A stretch of 64,000 bases of DNA from Acidobacteriota bacterium (GCA_039030395.1 JBCCEF010000001.1:417315-481314), one strand, 5' to 3'. Shown: positions 54,555 through 63,173, counted from the first letter of the stretch. Notes: a model not told the origin generated them from the sequence alone. Translations and numbers: made by a program.

Positions 54555-55265
54555 ATGCGAATCGGCTGCCTCCTTCCGCTCGTCCTTCTCTCGTTCGCCG
54601 CTCTCGCCCCGCCGGTGTTGCCGCAGGGCGGAGACTCCAACATCAACGCGATCGAAAGCGCCCTGGAGAGCCGCTCACCGCTGCGCGCCCTGCGACTGGC
54701 CCGCCGCGCCCTGGAAAGGCTCACCCAACGGGTGTCCGATGACCCAGAGGGCGCCGCCCAGATCGCCCGCCTGCTGGCCCTCCAAGCGGTGGCCGAGGCG
54801 GGCATCGACGACCTCGACTCCGCCCGCTGGAGTTGGGCCCTCGCCCTCCACCTCGATCCGGAAGTTCAGGACCTCAACCTGCTGCGCTTCGGCCCCACCG
54901 GCACTCTGGTGGCCTCCTGGGAGGAGCGCCCGCTGGCGGTCGACGGCGAGATCACCGACGAGCGGTTCGCCGAGCGGCCTGGCGGCCCGGCAACTCTGTT
55001 CTCCGTCGATGGCGACTCCATCCTGCCGGACCGCAAGAGCGGCAAGGATCCGCGCTACGGACGCGGCTCGTCGCCGCGGCCGGTGATCCTCCAGATCCAC
55101 CTCGACCGGCGGGGCCGGCCGACGCTGCCGCGAGTGGTCGAAGCGCCTTCTCCGTTACGCGCCTACCTGGCGACGGAAGCAGTGCGCGACTGGCGCTTCC
55201 AGCCGGCCCGCATCAACGGCAACGAGGTGGCCGTGTACATCAACTGGCGGGTCGACTTCCGCTAG
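54555..55265 (+). CDS. Secreted protein with a TonB C-terminal-like domain (paralogue of 12209..12937)
   Basis: Signal peptide MRIGCLLPLVLLSFAALAPPVLP. Shares blocks with the 12209 protein (WSWALALHLDPEV...LLRFG versus WSWHLAQQFEPNL...LSEFG). TonB-C pattern LPRVVEAPSPLRAYLATEAVRDWRFQPARINGNEVAVYINWRVDF. Confidence 0.6.
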   Translation: MRIGCLLPLVLLSFAALAPPVLPQGGDSNINAIESALESRSPLRALRLARRALERLTQRVSDDPEGAAQIARLLALQAVAEAGIDDLDSARWSWALALHLDPEVQDLNLLRFGPTGTLVASWEERPLAVDGEITDERFAERPGGPATLFSVDGDSILPDRKSGKDPRYGRGSSPRPVILQIHLDRRGRPTLPRVVEAPSPLRAYLATEAVRDWRFQPARINGNEVAVYINWRVDFR

Positions 55266-55336
55266 CGCCCGCCTGCCCCAGACCGAAAGATCAGGGTGGT
55301 ACCATCTCCCCGCCCCACCGCGAGGAGAACAGAATC

Positions 55337-56575
55337 ATGGCGAGCCACTTCGACAACGCCCTCCAGTACTTCACCGACGCGGCGCGCGTCATGGACGTGA
55401 GCCCCTCGATCGAAAAACTGCTGGTGACGCCGGCACGCCAGATGAAGGTCGAGGTGGCGATCGAGAGGGACGACGGCACGGTGGCCGTGTACGACGGCTT
55501 CCGGGTGCAGCACAACGCCGCCCGCGGCCCCTTCAAGGGCGGCATCCGCTTCCATCCGGAAGCGAACGACGACGAGGTCAACGCGCTCGCCAGCTTGATG
55601 ACCTGGAAGACCGCCGTTGTGGGAATTCCTTACGGCGGCGGCAAAGGCGGCGTGATGGTCAATCCGCACGAGCTGAGCAACAGCGAACTGCAGCGCCTGA
55701 CCCGCAAGTTCGTGGACCAGATCCACTTCATCATCGGCCCGAACATCGACATCCCGGCGCCGGACGTCAACACCAACTCCCAGACCATGGCCTGGATCGC
55801 CGACCAGTACGGCAAATTTCACGGCTTCGAGCCCGGCGTCGTCACCGGCAAGCCGATCGAGATCTACGGCTCCCAAGGTCGGGACGAGGCCACCGGCCGC
55901 GGTGTGGCGCTGTGCTCGAAGTGGGCGCTCGAAAGTCTCGGCCGGAGCATCGAAGGGGCCACCGTCGCCATCCAGGGTTACGGCAACGTCGGGAGCTGGG
56001 CCGGAAGGATTCTCGACTCCTGGGGCGCCCAGGTGGCGGCCGTGGGCGACCACGCCGCGTATCTCAAAAACCCCGAGGGCTTCGATGCGGCGGCCCTGGC
56101 GGACCACGTCAAAGCCAGTCCGGAGCGCTCCATCAAAGGCTTCCCGGGCGCCGACGACAGTTCCGAAGAGGAACTCTTCGCAATGGACGTGGACGTGTTG
56201 ATTCCGGCCGCCCTGGGCGGCGTGATCACCGATGAGGTGGCCGCCACGGTGCGGGCGCCGGTGATCGTCGAGGGCGCCAACGGCCCGACGGTGCCCTCCG
56301 CCCACCGCTCGCTGGTAAACCAGGGCACGCTGATCGTGCCGGACATCTTGGCCAACGCCGGCGGGGTGAGCGTGAGCTACTTCGAGTGGGTGCAGAACAC
56401 CCAGCGCTTCTACTGGGAGCGCGACGAGGTCAACGAAAAGCTGGAGCGCCTGCTGCGCAAAGCTTGGGACGCGGTGACCACCATGGCCGAGCGCCGCAGC
56501 CTCGACCTGCGCACCGCCGCCTTCGTGCTGGCGATTCGCGAAGTGGGCAAGGCCACGGTCCTGCGCGGACTCTGA
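55337..56575 (+). CDS. gdhA: Glutamate dehydrogenase (Glu/Leu/Phe/Val dehydrogenase family)
   Basis: Catalytic region GPFKGGIRFHPEANDDEVNALASLMTWKTAVVGIPYGGGKGG. NAD(P)-binding GYGNVGSWAG. Confidence 0.85.
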   Translation: MASHFDNALQYFTDAARVMDVSPSIEKLLVTPARQMKVEVAIERDDGTVAVYDGFRVQHNAARGPFKGGIRFHPEANDDEVNALASLMTWKTAVVGIPYGGGKGGVMVNPHELSNSELQRLTRKFVDQIHFIIGPNIDIPAPDVNTNSQTMAWIADQYGKFHGFEPGVVTGKPIEIYGSQGRDEATGRGVALCSKWALESLGRSIEGATVAIQGYGNVGSWAGRILDSWGAQVAAVGDHAAYLKNPEGFDAAALADHVKASPERSIKGFPGADDSSEEELFAMDVDVLIPAALGGVITDEVAATVRAPVIVEGANGPTVPSAHRSLVNQGTLIVPDILANAGGVSVSYFEWVQNTQRFYWERDEVNEKLERLLRKAWDAVTTMAERRSLDLRTAAFVLAIREVGKATVLRGL

Positions 56576-56597
56576 CCAACGATCCGGAGACATCGAG

Positions 56598-57101
56598 ATG
56601 AACTATCGAGCCTTTCCCCTGTTCCAGGATCTCCCCGAGACCGAACTGGCCGAATTCGTGGCCGCCTGCCGGGAAGAAACGCTGGCCGCCGGCGAGGCCT
56701 TCATCGAAGCCGGCACTTCCAGCGACACCCTGTACTTCGTGCTCGCCGGCACCCTGGAAGTCTTTCAGGAGCTGGACGGCGAAGACGTCCAGCTCGCGGT
56801 GCTCGAAGCCCCGGCAGTGGTCGGCGAAATGGAGGCCCTGACCGGCGATCCCCGCGCCGCCTCGGTGCGCCCGCTGGAGGAAACCCGCGCCCTGGTGCTG
56901 CCTTGCGCCACCCTACGCGAGCGTTACCTGCAGGGCGACCGGCCGACCCTGAAGGTCTTCCTCCACATCACCCGCGTCCTCGCCCGGCGGCTCCACGCCA
57001 TGAACAAAAAGTTCGTCGAGCTGCAGAACGAAGACACCGTCCCCCAGGTCCACGACCTCCAGCGCTTCCAGCAAAAGCTGTTCGCCGAGTGGAGCTTCTA
57101 G
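56598..57101 (+). CDS. Stand-alone cyclic-nucleotide-binding (cNMP/CAP effector) domain protein
   Basis: 167 aa. Beta-roll with GEAFIEAGTSSDTLYFVLAGTLEV and the phosphate-binding cassette VVGEMEALTGDPRAASVRP. No DNA-binding HTH follows. Confidence 0.7.
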   Translation: MNYRAFPLFQDLPETELAEFVAACREETLAAGEAFIEAGTSSDTLYFVLAGTLEVFQELDGEDVQLAVLEAPAVVGEMEALTGDPRAASVRPLEETRALVLPCATLRERYLQGDRPTLKVFLHITRVLARRLHAMNKKFVELQNEDTVPQVHDLQRFQQKLFAEWSF

Positions 57102-58915
57102 AGGGAGCCCAGGCTGTCAGCACTTCATTCTTCGGCCCCGACCTTCTCCTAACGGCTGGCGCCCTCGCGGTAGGCGTAGTCGGTCTCTACATAGCGGTTG
57201 GGCGACTGGCCGCGGCCTGGATCCCGATCCTCAGCGAGCATCGCTCGCGGAAACTACTCGAGAATCGACTTGCCCGCGGCCCCTTTGATTCCGACACGAT
57301 CAAATTCGCCACCCGGCGCTACATTCGCCCGCGATACACCAACATCGATCCAGGACAAGAAGCGACCCAACGGCGAATGCCCGTCGCCGCGTCCGGTGAC
57401 CTCTTCGAGGCCGTCGATGATTTCTTGGCCGAGGGGACGTCGCGACGTCATCTTTTGCTCTTGGCTGGACCTGGAACCGGCAAGACCTCCTTTGTCCTGA
57501 ACTACTACGCCTACAACGCAACGAAGCCTTCCAAGCGAAGGCGAACACTGCATCTCGTGCCCCTGGGTCGAGACGATGTCGAAGAGAGAATCGCCGCGGC
57601 CGAGTTTCCCAATGAGACCGTGCTGTTTCTCGACGCGCTCGACGAAGACGTCCAGGCAGTCGAGGACCACCGAGCCCGAATCCGGGACCTCATGGAATTG
57701 TCGAAGGACTTTCGAGCCGTGGTCATCACTTGCCGGACCCAGTTCTTCAGCCGAGATGAGGAGATCCCCACCGAGACCGGCATCACCAAGATCCAACCGC
57801 GTGGACTCGGGGAAGGCGCCGTATACGAGTTCTGGAAACTGTACTTGGCGCCTCTCAACGATCGGGAGGTACGTCGATACCTTCGACGGTGCTTCAAACC
57901 TTGGCAAGTCAAGGCGCGTCGCAGGGCCAAAGGTCTTCTTCGGAAGTCCGCGGACCTCATGCTACGCCCCATGTTGCTCAGTCATCTTCCGGAGCTGGTG
58001 GAACAGGACAGCATCAGCACGAGAGCGCAGATCTACGAGGCCATCGTCGCGGGCTGGATTGAACGAGAAGATGGATGGGTGAACAAAAACACCTTGTGGC
58101 AGTTCTCAGAGCGGCTCGCCGCGAACTTGTACCTGGAACGCGAACGGCGGGGCATGGAAGCAGTGCATGCCGATGAGCTCTCAGAACTCGCAAGCCGGTG
58201 GGAGATCGACATTCAGCCCTGGCAAGCGCGTGGCCGGGCGCTCCTCAACCGAGACGCTGTCGGCAACTACAAGTTCTCTCATCGATCCATCATGGAGTAC
58301 TTGTTCGCGAAGCAATGGGGAAATGAGGAGTTCATAGCTGAAGTTCCCCGCGACTCGTTCATTCCACTAACGGATGCGATGAGCGCGTTCATCCTCGACT
58401 CCCCACACAGTCAGATTGAGACAACTGGCATAGCGAAAGGCGTTACGAGAAATCCAGCAATGATATCGACGCCCTTCCTGCCCAACGGCATCAGACTGCC
58501 CAATACCAAAGCATTTCACACACCCATTGACGTCCCACACACGACCTTCAAGAATGAGCGTCTGGGCACTGCGGCGCGGAGCTTGGTCAACGACATCACA
58601 GCGTTTGGTGCGAAGATCGGCAAGGATGAACTTCTTACTGACGATGAAATGTCTCACTTCACATTGGGACTAGATTTCAGGGTCCGAAAAGAACAGTTCA
58701 AGGCGACCTTCTACTTTGAACAAACTCCTCGAAGAGCCAAAGCGCGGCTATCTCAGACCTTCATCCTCAAGCGATTGGGTATCGCTTCCGACGGTCTTTA
58801 CTTCCGGGTTTCACAGGAGAGATCTACCTACTCTGCATACTGGAAACACCAGGGACTCTTGTACTTTTCGCCGTCAAGAGAAGGCGTCTTTATAGTCATT
58901 AACCACGTAAGATAG
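57089..58915 (+). CDS. Membrane-anchored NACHT-family STAND NTPase with an unassigned low-GC C-terminal domain
   Basis: A GTG start at 57089 is proposed (in frame; it overlaps the cNMP gene stop). N-terminal TM helix LLLTAGALAVGVVGLYIAVGRLAAAWIPIL. Walker A LLLAGPGTGKTSFV; NACHT-type Walker B VLFLDALDED; sensor VVITCRTQF. The last ~190 aa have markedly lower GC. Confidence 0.6.
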   Translation: MELLEGAQAVSTSFFGPDLLLTAGALAVGVVGLYIAVGRLAAAWIPILSEHRSRKLLENRLARGPFDSDTIKFATRRYIRPRYTNIDPGQEATQRRMPVAASGDLFEAVDDFLAEGTSRRHLLLLAGPGTGKTSFVLNYYAYNATKPSKRRRTLHLVPLGRDDVEERIAAAEFPNETVLFLDALDEDVQAVEDHRARIRDLMELSKDFRAVVITCRTQFFSRDEEIPTETGITKIQPRGLGEGAVYEFWKLYLAPLNDREVRRYLRRCFKPWQVKARRRAKGLLRKSADLMLRPMLLSHLPELVEQDSISTRAQIYEAIVAGWIEREDGWVNKNTLWQFSERLAANLYLERERRGMEAVHADELSELASRWEIDIQPWQARGRALLNRDAVGNYKFSHRSIMEYLFAKQWGNEEFIAEVPRDSFIPLTDAMSAFILDSPHSQIETTGIAKGVTRNPAMISTPFLPNGIRLPNTKAFHTPIDVPHTTFKNERLGTAARSLVNDITAFGAKIGKDELLTDDEMSHFTLGLDFRVRKEQFKATFYFEQTPRRAKARLSQTFILKRLGIASDGLYFRVSQERSTYSAYWKHQGLLYFSPSREGVFIVINHVR

Positions 58916-58931
58916 TCGGACGAGAATCTCT

Positions 58932-59852
58932 TTGCCTGAGCTGCCTGACGTCGAGCTGTACCTTCACGCCCTGACGACCCGGGTGGTCGGCCGACGGCTG
59001 GAGCGCATTCGCCTGGCGAGCCCCTTTCTGTTGCGCAGCGTTCGGCCGCCGATCTCCACGGCGGAAGGCAAGGCGGTCACCGGCCTCCGAAGAATCGGCA
59101 AGCGGATCGTCTTCGAGCAGGAAGATGAACTGTTCCTGGTGATCCACCTGATGGTCGCCGGGCGATTCCAGTGGAAGCCGCGGCACGAAGGTGACCCGCC
59201 GGCCAAGATCCCCGGCCGGCTCGGATCGGCGGCGTTCGACTTTGCCGCGGGCACGCTGCTGCTGACGGAGGCCGGCTCGAAGAAGCGGGCATCGCTCCAT
59301 CTGGTGGAGGGCGAGAAGGGCCTACGCTTGCACGATCCCGGCGGCATCGAACCGTTGACCTCGCCCGACGAGGCCGTACTGGCCGCTCTGCGAGCCGAGA
59401 ACCACACCCTCAAACGAGCCCTGACCGACCCGCACATCCTGGCCGGCATCGGCAACGCCTACTCGGACGAGATCCTGCACCGGGCTCAGCTCTCGCCTTT
59501 CAAGCAGACCAAGCACCTGACCGACGACGAAGGCGATCGCCTACTCCAGGCGATGCGGGCGGTCCTCACGGAGTGGATCGAGCGCTTGCAGACCGAGACC
59601 GGCGACGGCTTCCCGAAGAAGGTCACCGCCTTCCGCCCGGAGATGGCCGTCCACGGGCGCTACCGCGAGCCTTGCCCGGAGTGCGGCGCCCCGGTGCAGC
59701 GCATTCTGTACGCGGAGAACGAGTCCAATTACTGCGCCCCCTGCCAGACCGGCGGCAAGCTGCTGGCGGACCGGGTGCTCTCCAAGCTCTTGAAAGGCGA
59801 CTGGCCAAAGACGCTCGAAGAGTTGGAGCGGCGTAAGGACGCTGCCTCCTGA
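58932..59852 (+). CDS. Fpg/Nei family DNA glycosylase/AP lyase
   Basis: N-terminal catalytic MPELPDVE, an H2TH region and a C-terminal zinc finger CPECGAPVQRILYAENESNYCAPCQ. Confidence 0.8.
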   Translation: MPELPDVELYLHALTTRVVGRRLERIRLASPFLLRSVRPPISTAEGKAVTGLRRIGKRIVFEQEDELFLVIHLMVAGRFQWKPRHEGDPPAKIPGRLGSAAFDFAAGTLLLTEAGSKKRASLHLVEGEKGLRLHDPGGIEPLTSPDEAVLAALRAENHTLKRALTDPHILAGIGNAYSDEILHRAQLSPFKQTKHLTDDEGDRLLQAMRAVLTEWIERLQTETGDGFPKKVTAFRPEMAVHGRYREPCPECGAPVQRILYAENESNYCAPCQTGGKLLADRVLSKLLKGDWPKTLEELERRKDAAS

Positions 59853-60113
59853 AGCTTCCTTCCGCCCCGGTGAGGGGATCGTTCGCCGTTTTGCGCATTC
59901 CTAAATAGAACCTCGATCGCTGAGAAGCCATCGCGGCCGGTAGCTTGGGCACCGGCCGGTGCGTCGCGGATCCATCCGCCGGCGCCCCGGTGGAGGTGTC
60001 TCCGGACCGCATCGCTCCCGGCGATCCCCTTTCCAATCGCTGGCGACCGCTCGGTATTGGAGCTTCTGGAGTTCCGGCGGACTGCCGGCAGGCCACAAGG
60101 AGCTTGCGCTTTG

Positions 60114-60596
60114 ATGAAGTCTTTCGGATCTCGATGTTGCTGGATCGGAATCTTCGCCCTCCTCTTCACCCTCTTCACCTTCCCCACCTTCGCCGAACGA
60201 GCCACGGGCTCGCAATGCACGCCCATCGCCGTCGACACCACCTCGGACTCGGTCGCGGCCCTGCTCGCCAGGGGCGTGGTGACCCCCCTCGGCCAACCGT
60301 TGGTCGAGCGCTCCCGGCAGGGCGAGGTCAACGTCAAGGAATCCCGGCAGAACTTCGTGATCCGCGACAAAGACGGCTACGCCATCGGCGGCGGAACCAC
60401 CACCTGCACCGCCACCTGCACCGGCGGCTGCGGCATTTCCGGTTGTGACCCGGACGATGGCGGCTGTACCGGCTGCATCTGCCGCGACAACTGGGACTGT
60501 CCGTCCTGCACCTGCAAGAAGTCGACAACCGCCGAGACCGCGCCAAACCAGCCCAGGCCGCGGGACGACGTTCCGCGCTCCCCTTCCTTCGACTGA
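60114..60596 (+). CDS. Secreted cysteine-rich small protein, paralogue 1 of 4
   Basis: Signal peptide MKSFGSRCCWIGIFALLFTLFTFPTFA. Blocks CTPIAVD; FVIRDKDGYAIGGGTTTCTATCTG; 9-Cys core ending CTCKK; tail STTAETAPNQPRPRDDVPRSPSFD. Confidence 0.65.
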   Translation: MKSFGSRCCWIGIFALLFTLFTFPTFAERATGSQCTPIAVDTTSDSVAALLARGVVTPLGQPLVERSRQGEVNVKESRQNFVIRDKDGYAIGGGTTTCTATCTGGCGISGCDPDDGGCTGCICRDNWDCPSCTCKKSTTAETAPNQPRPRDDVPRSPSFD

Positions 60597-60614
60597 ACCG
60601 GAAAGGAAACTGAA

Positions 60615-61070
60615 ATGAAGAAAATCACCGTCCTGTCCGCGCTGATCCTGCTCACCCTCTCGCCCTTCGCCCTGGCCGAGGCACCGGTCGACTGCAAGCC
60701 CACCGCCATCGACGCCACGGCACCGAACATCGCCGCCCTGCTGGCCCAAGGCCAAGTGCAGGCCCTCGGCGCTCCGGTTACGCGCCTCAACACCATCGGC
60801 ACTCGCGTCGTCAAGGAGTCCTCCCAGCCGTTCATCATCCGCAATAGGGACGGCATGGCGATCGGCGGCGGAACCACCACCTGTGAGGCCACCTGTACCG
60901 GCTCCTGGTGCGGCGTCTCCGGTTGCGATCCAGACGAAGGCGGCTGCTCGGCCTGCTCCTGTAACGGTAACTGTAGTTCCGAGTGCACCTGCAAAAAGAC
61001 CACGACGGCGGAGACCGCTCCCACCCCGGTCAATCCGCGCAACGTACCGCGTGAGCCGAGCTTCCGTTAG
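60615..61070 (+). CDS. Secreted cysteine-rich small protein, paralogue 2 of 4
   Basis: Signal peptide MKKITVLSALILLTLSPFALA. Blocks CKPTAID; FIIRNRDGMAIGGGTTTCEATCTG; Cys core; tail TTTAETAPTPVNPRNVPREPSFR. RBS aggaaa. Confidence 0.7.
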   Translation: MKKITVLSALILLTLSPFALAEAPVDCKPTAIDATAPNIAALLAQGQVQALGAPVTRLNTIGTRVVKESSQPFIIRNRDGMAIGGGTTTCEATCTGSWCGVSGCDPDEGGCSACSCNGNCSSECTCKKTTTAETAPTPVNPRNVPREPSFR

Positions 61071-61142
61071 GTGCGCCCTTCCCCAACGAATCTCAATCCA
61101 GCTTCGTCGGCGTACACCGCCGGCGGAGCTCTAGGAGGACCG

Positions 61143-61613
61143 ATGAAGAAACTCTCTTTTGCCATCCTGCTGCTGGCCTTGGTCGCCGGCCCCGCCCTCA
61201 CCATGGATCTTCCCGACCCGCAGGGGACCGAGTGCAAACCCCTCGCCATCGACCTCACCGCACCGGCGATCGCCGATCTCCTGCGCACCGGCGATCTTCT
61301 TGCCTTGGGCACTCCACAGGTCGAGTGGAAGGCCGGCGGAGCGGTCAAAGTCGAGCGACAGGACTTCGTGATCCGCGACAAGGACGGCTACGCCATCGGC
61401 GGCGGAACCACCACCTGCACGGGCTCCTGCGCCGGCAGCAGCGACTGCACCGTCAGCGGCTGCAAGGCCGAAACGGCGGGCTGCTCCCACTGCTCGTGCA
61501 GTGGCATCCATTGCGACTACGGCTGCACTTGTAAAAAGGAATCCAGTTACTCGCCGGCTCCGGCGGAACCCGGCAACGTGCCGCGGGACCGCACGCCGAC
61601 GCCCTTCTTCTAG
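61143..61613 (+). CDS. Secreted cysteine-rich small protein, paralogue 3 of 4
   Basis: Signal peptide MKKLSFAILLLALVAGPALT. Blocks CKPLAID; FVIRDKDGYAIGGGTTTCTGSC; Cys core ending CTCKK; tail SPAPAEPGNVPRDRTPTPFF. A 58-nt stretch is nearly identical to paralogue 1. Confidence 0.7.
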   Translation: MKKLSFAILLLALVAGPALTMDLPDPQGTECKPLAIDLTAPAIADLLRTGDLLALGTPQVEWKAGGAVKVERQDFVIRDKDGYAIGGGTTTCTGSCAGSSDCTVSGCKAETAGCSHCSCSGIHCDYGCTCKKESSYSPAPAEPGNVPRDRTPTPFF

Positions 61614-61649
61614 CCAGCCATTTCGTGCACTTTCTTACGGAGGAACTCA

Positions 61650-62102
61650 ATGCGCAAAGCACTCGTACTCTGGATCGCAGCGGCGCTCTTTGCCACCGCC
61701 GCCTACGCCGAGCGAAAGGCCGGCTGTGAGGCGGTCGCCGTGGACGACAGCTCGCCAACGGCTCTCGATCTGCTGGCCTCCGGGCGGGCGGTGGCGACCG
61801 CCGCCCCGAGCACCCGCCACGAGGTGGTGAACGGTAAGGACACGAAGATTTCCAGCCTGCCGTTCGTCGTGTTCAATACCGAAGGTCAAGCCATTGGAGG
61901 CGGCACCACCACCTGTACCGCCACCTGCTCGGGAGCTTGGTGCGCCACCCGCGGCTGCGATCCTTCTGCCACCGGCTGCTCACCGTGTAGCTGCGACGGC
62001 GATTGCTATACGGTTTGTACCTGTAAAAAGAAGACCACCGCGGAAACGGCTCCGGCCCCAACCAATCCGCGCGGCCCGAACGACCGGCCCCGCAGCTTCT
62101 GA
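61650..62102 (+). CDS. Secreted cysteine-rich small protein, paralogue 4 of 4
   Basis: Signal peptide MRKALVLWIAAALFATAAYA. Blocks CEAVAVD; FVVFNTEGQAIGGGTTTCTATCSG; Cys core ending CTCKK; tail KTTAETAPAPTNPRGPNDRPRSF. RBS ggagg. Confidence 0.7.
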   Translation: MRKALVLWIAAALFATAAYAERKAGCEAVAVDDSSPTALDLLASGRAVATAAPSTRHEVVNGKDTKISSLPFVVFNTEGQAIGGGTTTCTATCSGAWCATRGCDPSATGCSPCSCDGDCYTVCTCKKKTTAETAPAPTNPRGPNDRPRSF

Positions 62103-62179
62103 TCGAAGCACCCCTCGGGCGATCGAGATCCCTCGGTCGCCTGTTCTCTTCCTTGCGTTGTTCGGAGGAAACGCTCGAT

Positions 62180-62560
62180 TCAACGAGCGAAGAAGACCAG
62201 CACGTCCAGGTCCTCGGTGATCGAGTGAAAACGATGCTCCACCTCGGCCGCCACGAAGATCACCGCTCCACTCCCTACCGGCCGGTCCTCGCCGGCGATG
62301 GAAATCACCGCCTTGCCGCGAAGGACGAAGTAGATCTCGTCCTCGGCGTGGGGGTTCTGGAGGTCCTCGGATCCAGCCGGCAGCCGATAGAGGCCGGTAC
62401 GCAGGTTGGCATTGGCGAAGAACTCGAGCCAGGGGCCTTCGGTGCCGGCGAGGCGATGGCGGAGTTCTTCCAACTCGAAGACGGCGCCGGACACTGTCGC
62501 CGAGGCACCGCCGGGGAGCAAAGCGCCTAGCGCTAACGCCGTCGCCAGTGCACGCCTCAC
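62180..62560 (-). CDS. Secreted cupin-domain protein
   Basis: Signal peptide MRRALATALALGALLPGGASA. Cupin motifs HAEDEIYFVLRG and GAVIFVAAEVEHRF. Confidence 0.6.
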   Translation of the reverse strand: MRRALATALALGALLPGGASATVSGAVFELEELRHRLAGTEGPWLEFFANANLRTGLYRLPAGSEDLQNPHAEDEIYFVLRGKAVISIAGEDRPVGSGAVIFVAAEVEHRFHSITEDLDVLVFFAR

Positions 62561-62838
62561 CGCCGGTCCGTTCCAGGAGGCGTCACGTTCTTCGGGCGCC
62601 GCCGGTGGAATCCATCGTCGTGGTCGTCGTCCTGGGCGGCCTCCGGCCGCCGCAAGCGACCGAGGAAAACGGTCAACAGGCCGAGCATGATCTCGTCCGC
62701 AAAGGGGATCATGTCCGGCAGGACGAGGTCGATCAAGAAGACCGCCGCCGTGACGAAGAACAGCTGTGGATACTTGAGTCGGCCGGCGAAGTTTTCGATG
62801 AAGCTCTTTCGCCGGGTGTCGCTGGGAGAGTGAGCCAT
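62557..62838 (-). CDS. Small hypothetical membrane protein
   Basis: 93 aa with a hydrophobic core (LFFVTAAVFLIDLVLPDMIPFADEIMLGLLTVFLG). It overlaps the cupin gene start by 4 nt. Confidence 0.35.
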   Translation of the reverse strand: MAHSPSDTRRKSFIENFAGRLKYPQLFFVTAAVFLIDLVLPDMIPFADEIMLGLLTVFLGRLRRPEAAQDDDHDDGFHRRRPKNVTPPGTDRR

Positions 62839-62879
62839 GAAGTGAGTATAGCGCTCAGCGGGCCGCTCCCCAGGGGCGA

Positions 62880-63173
62880 TCAGGTGAACACGGCTTCGTA
62901 TTCGATGCCGTCACCCTTCGGCCCAAGGGGCACCAGGAACAAGCCCATCTCGCCGAGACCAGCGTGCTCCAGGGAGTAAATCGCCTGTTCCAGAACCGGC
63001 TCCGCCGGACCGCGGAAGAGCACCGAGAAGGGCTCCCGCGAGGAATCCGGATTCTTCACCATGGCGGTGACCTCGGTGATCTCGAGGTCGATCGCCGGAT
63101 CGCCCTCCAAGGTCAGTCGGGCCTTGGAACCGACGTGCTCCTGGAAGGTGGAAAGCTGTAGTTTTTCGAGCAT
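62880..63173 (-). CDS. Hypothetical small protein
   Basis: 97 aa, acidic, no recognisable motif. It has the same orientation as neighbouring small genes. Confidence 0.3.
   Translation of the reverse strand: MLEKLQLSTFQEHVGSKARLTLEGDPAIDLEITEVTAMVKNPDSSREPFSVLFRGPAEPVLEQAIYSLEHAGLGEMGLFLVPLGPKGDGIEYEAVFT

Noticed and set aside
60114-62102. Considered whether the Cys/Thr-rich paralogues are lanthipeptide or other RiPP precursors.
   Set aside because: They carry Sec signal peptides and are ~150 aa with structured N-terminal regions. No LanB, LanC or LanM, radical-SAM or protease/transporter genes lie in the surrounding 10 kb. Disulfide-rich secreted proteins are more parsimonious.
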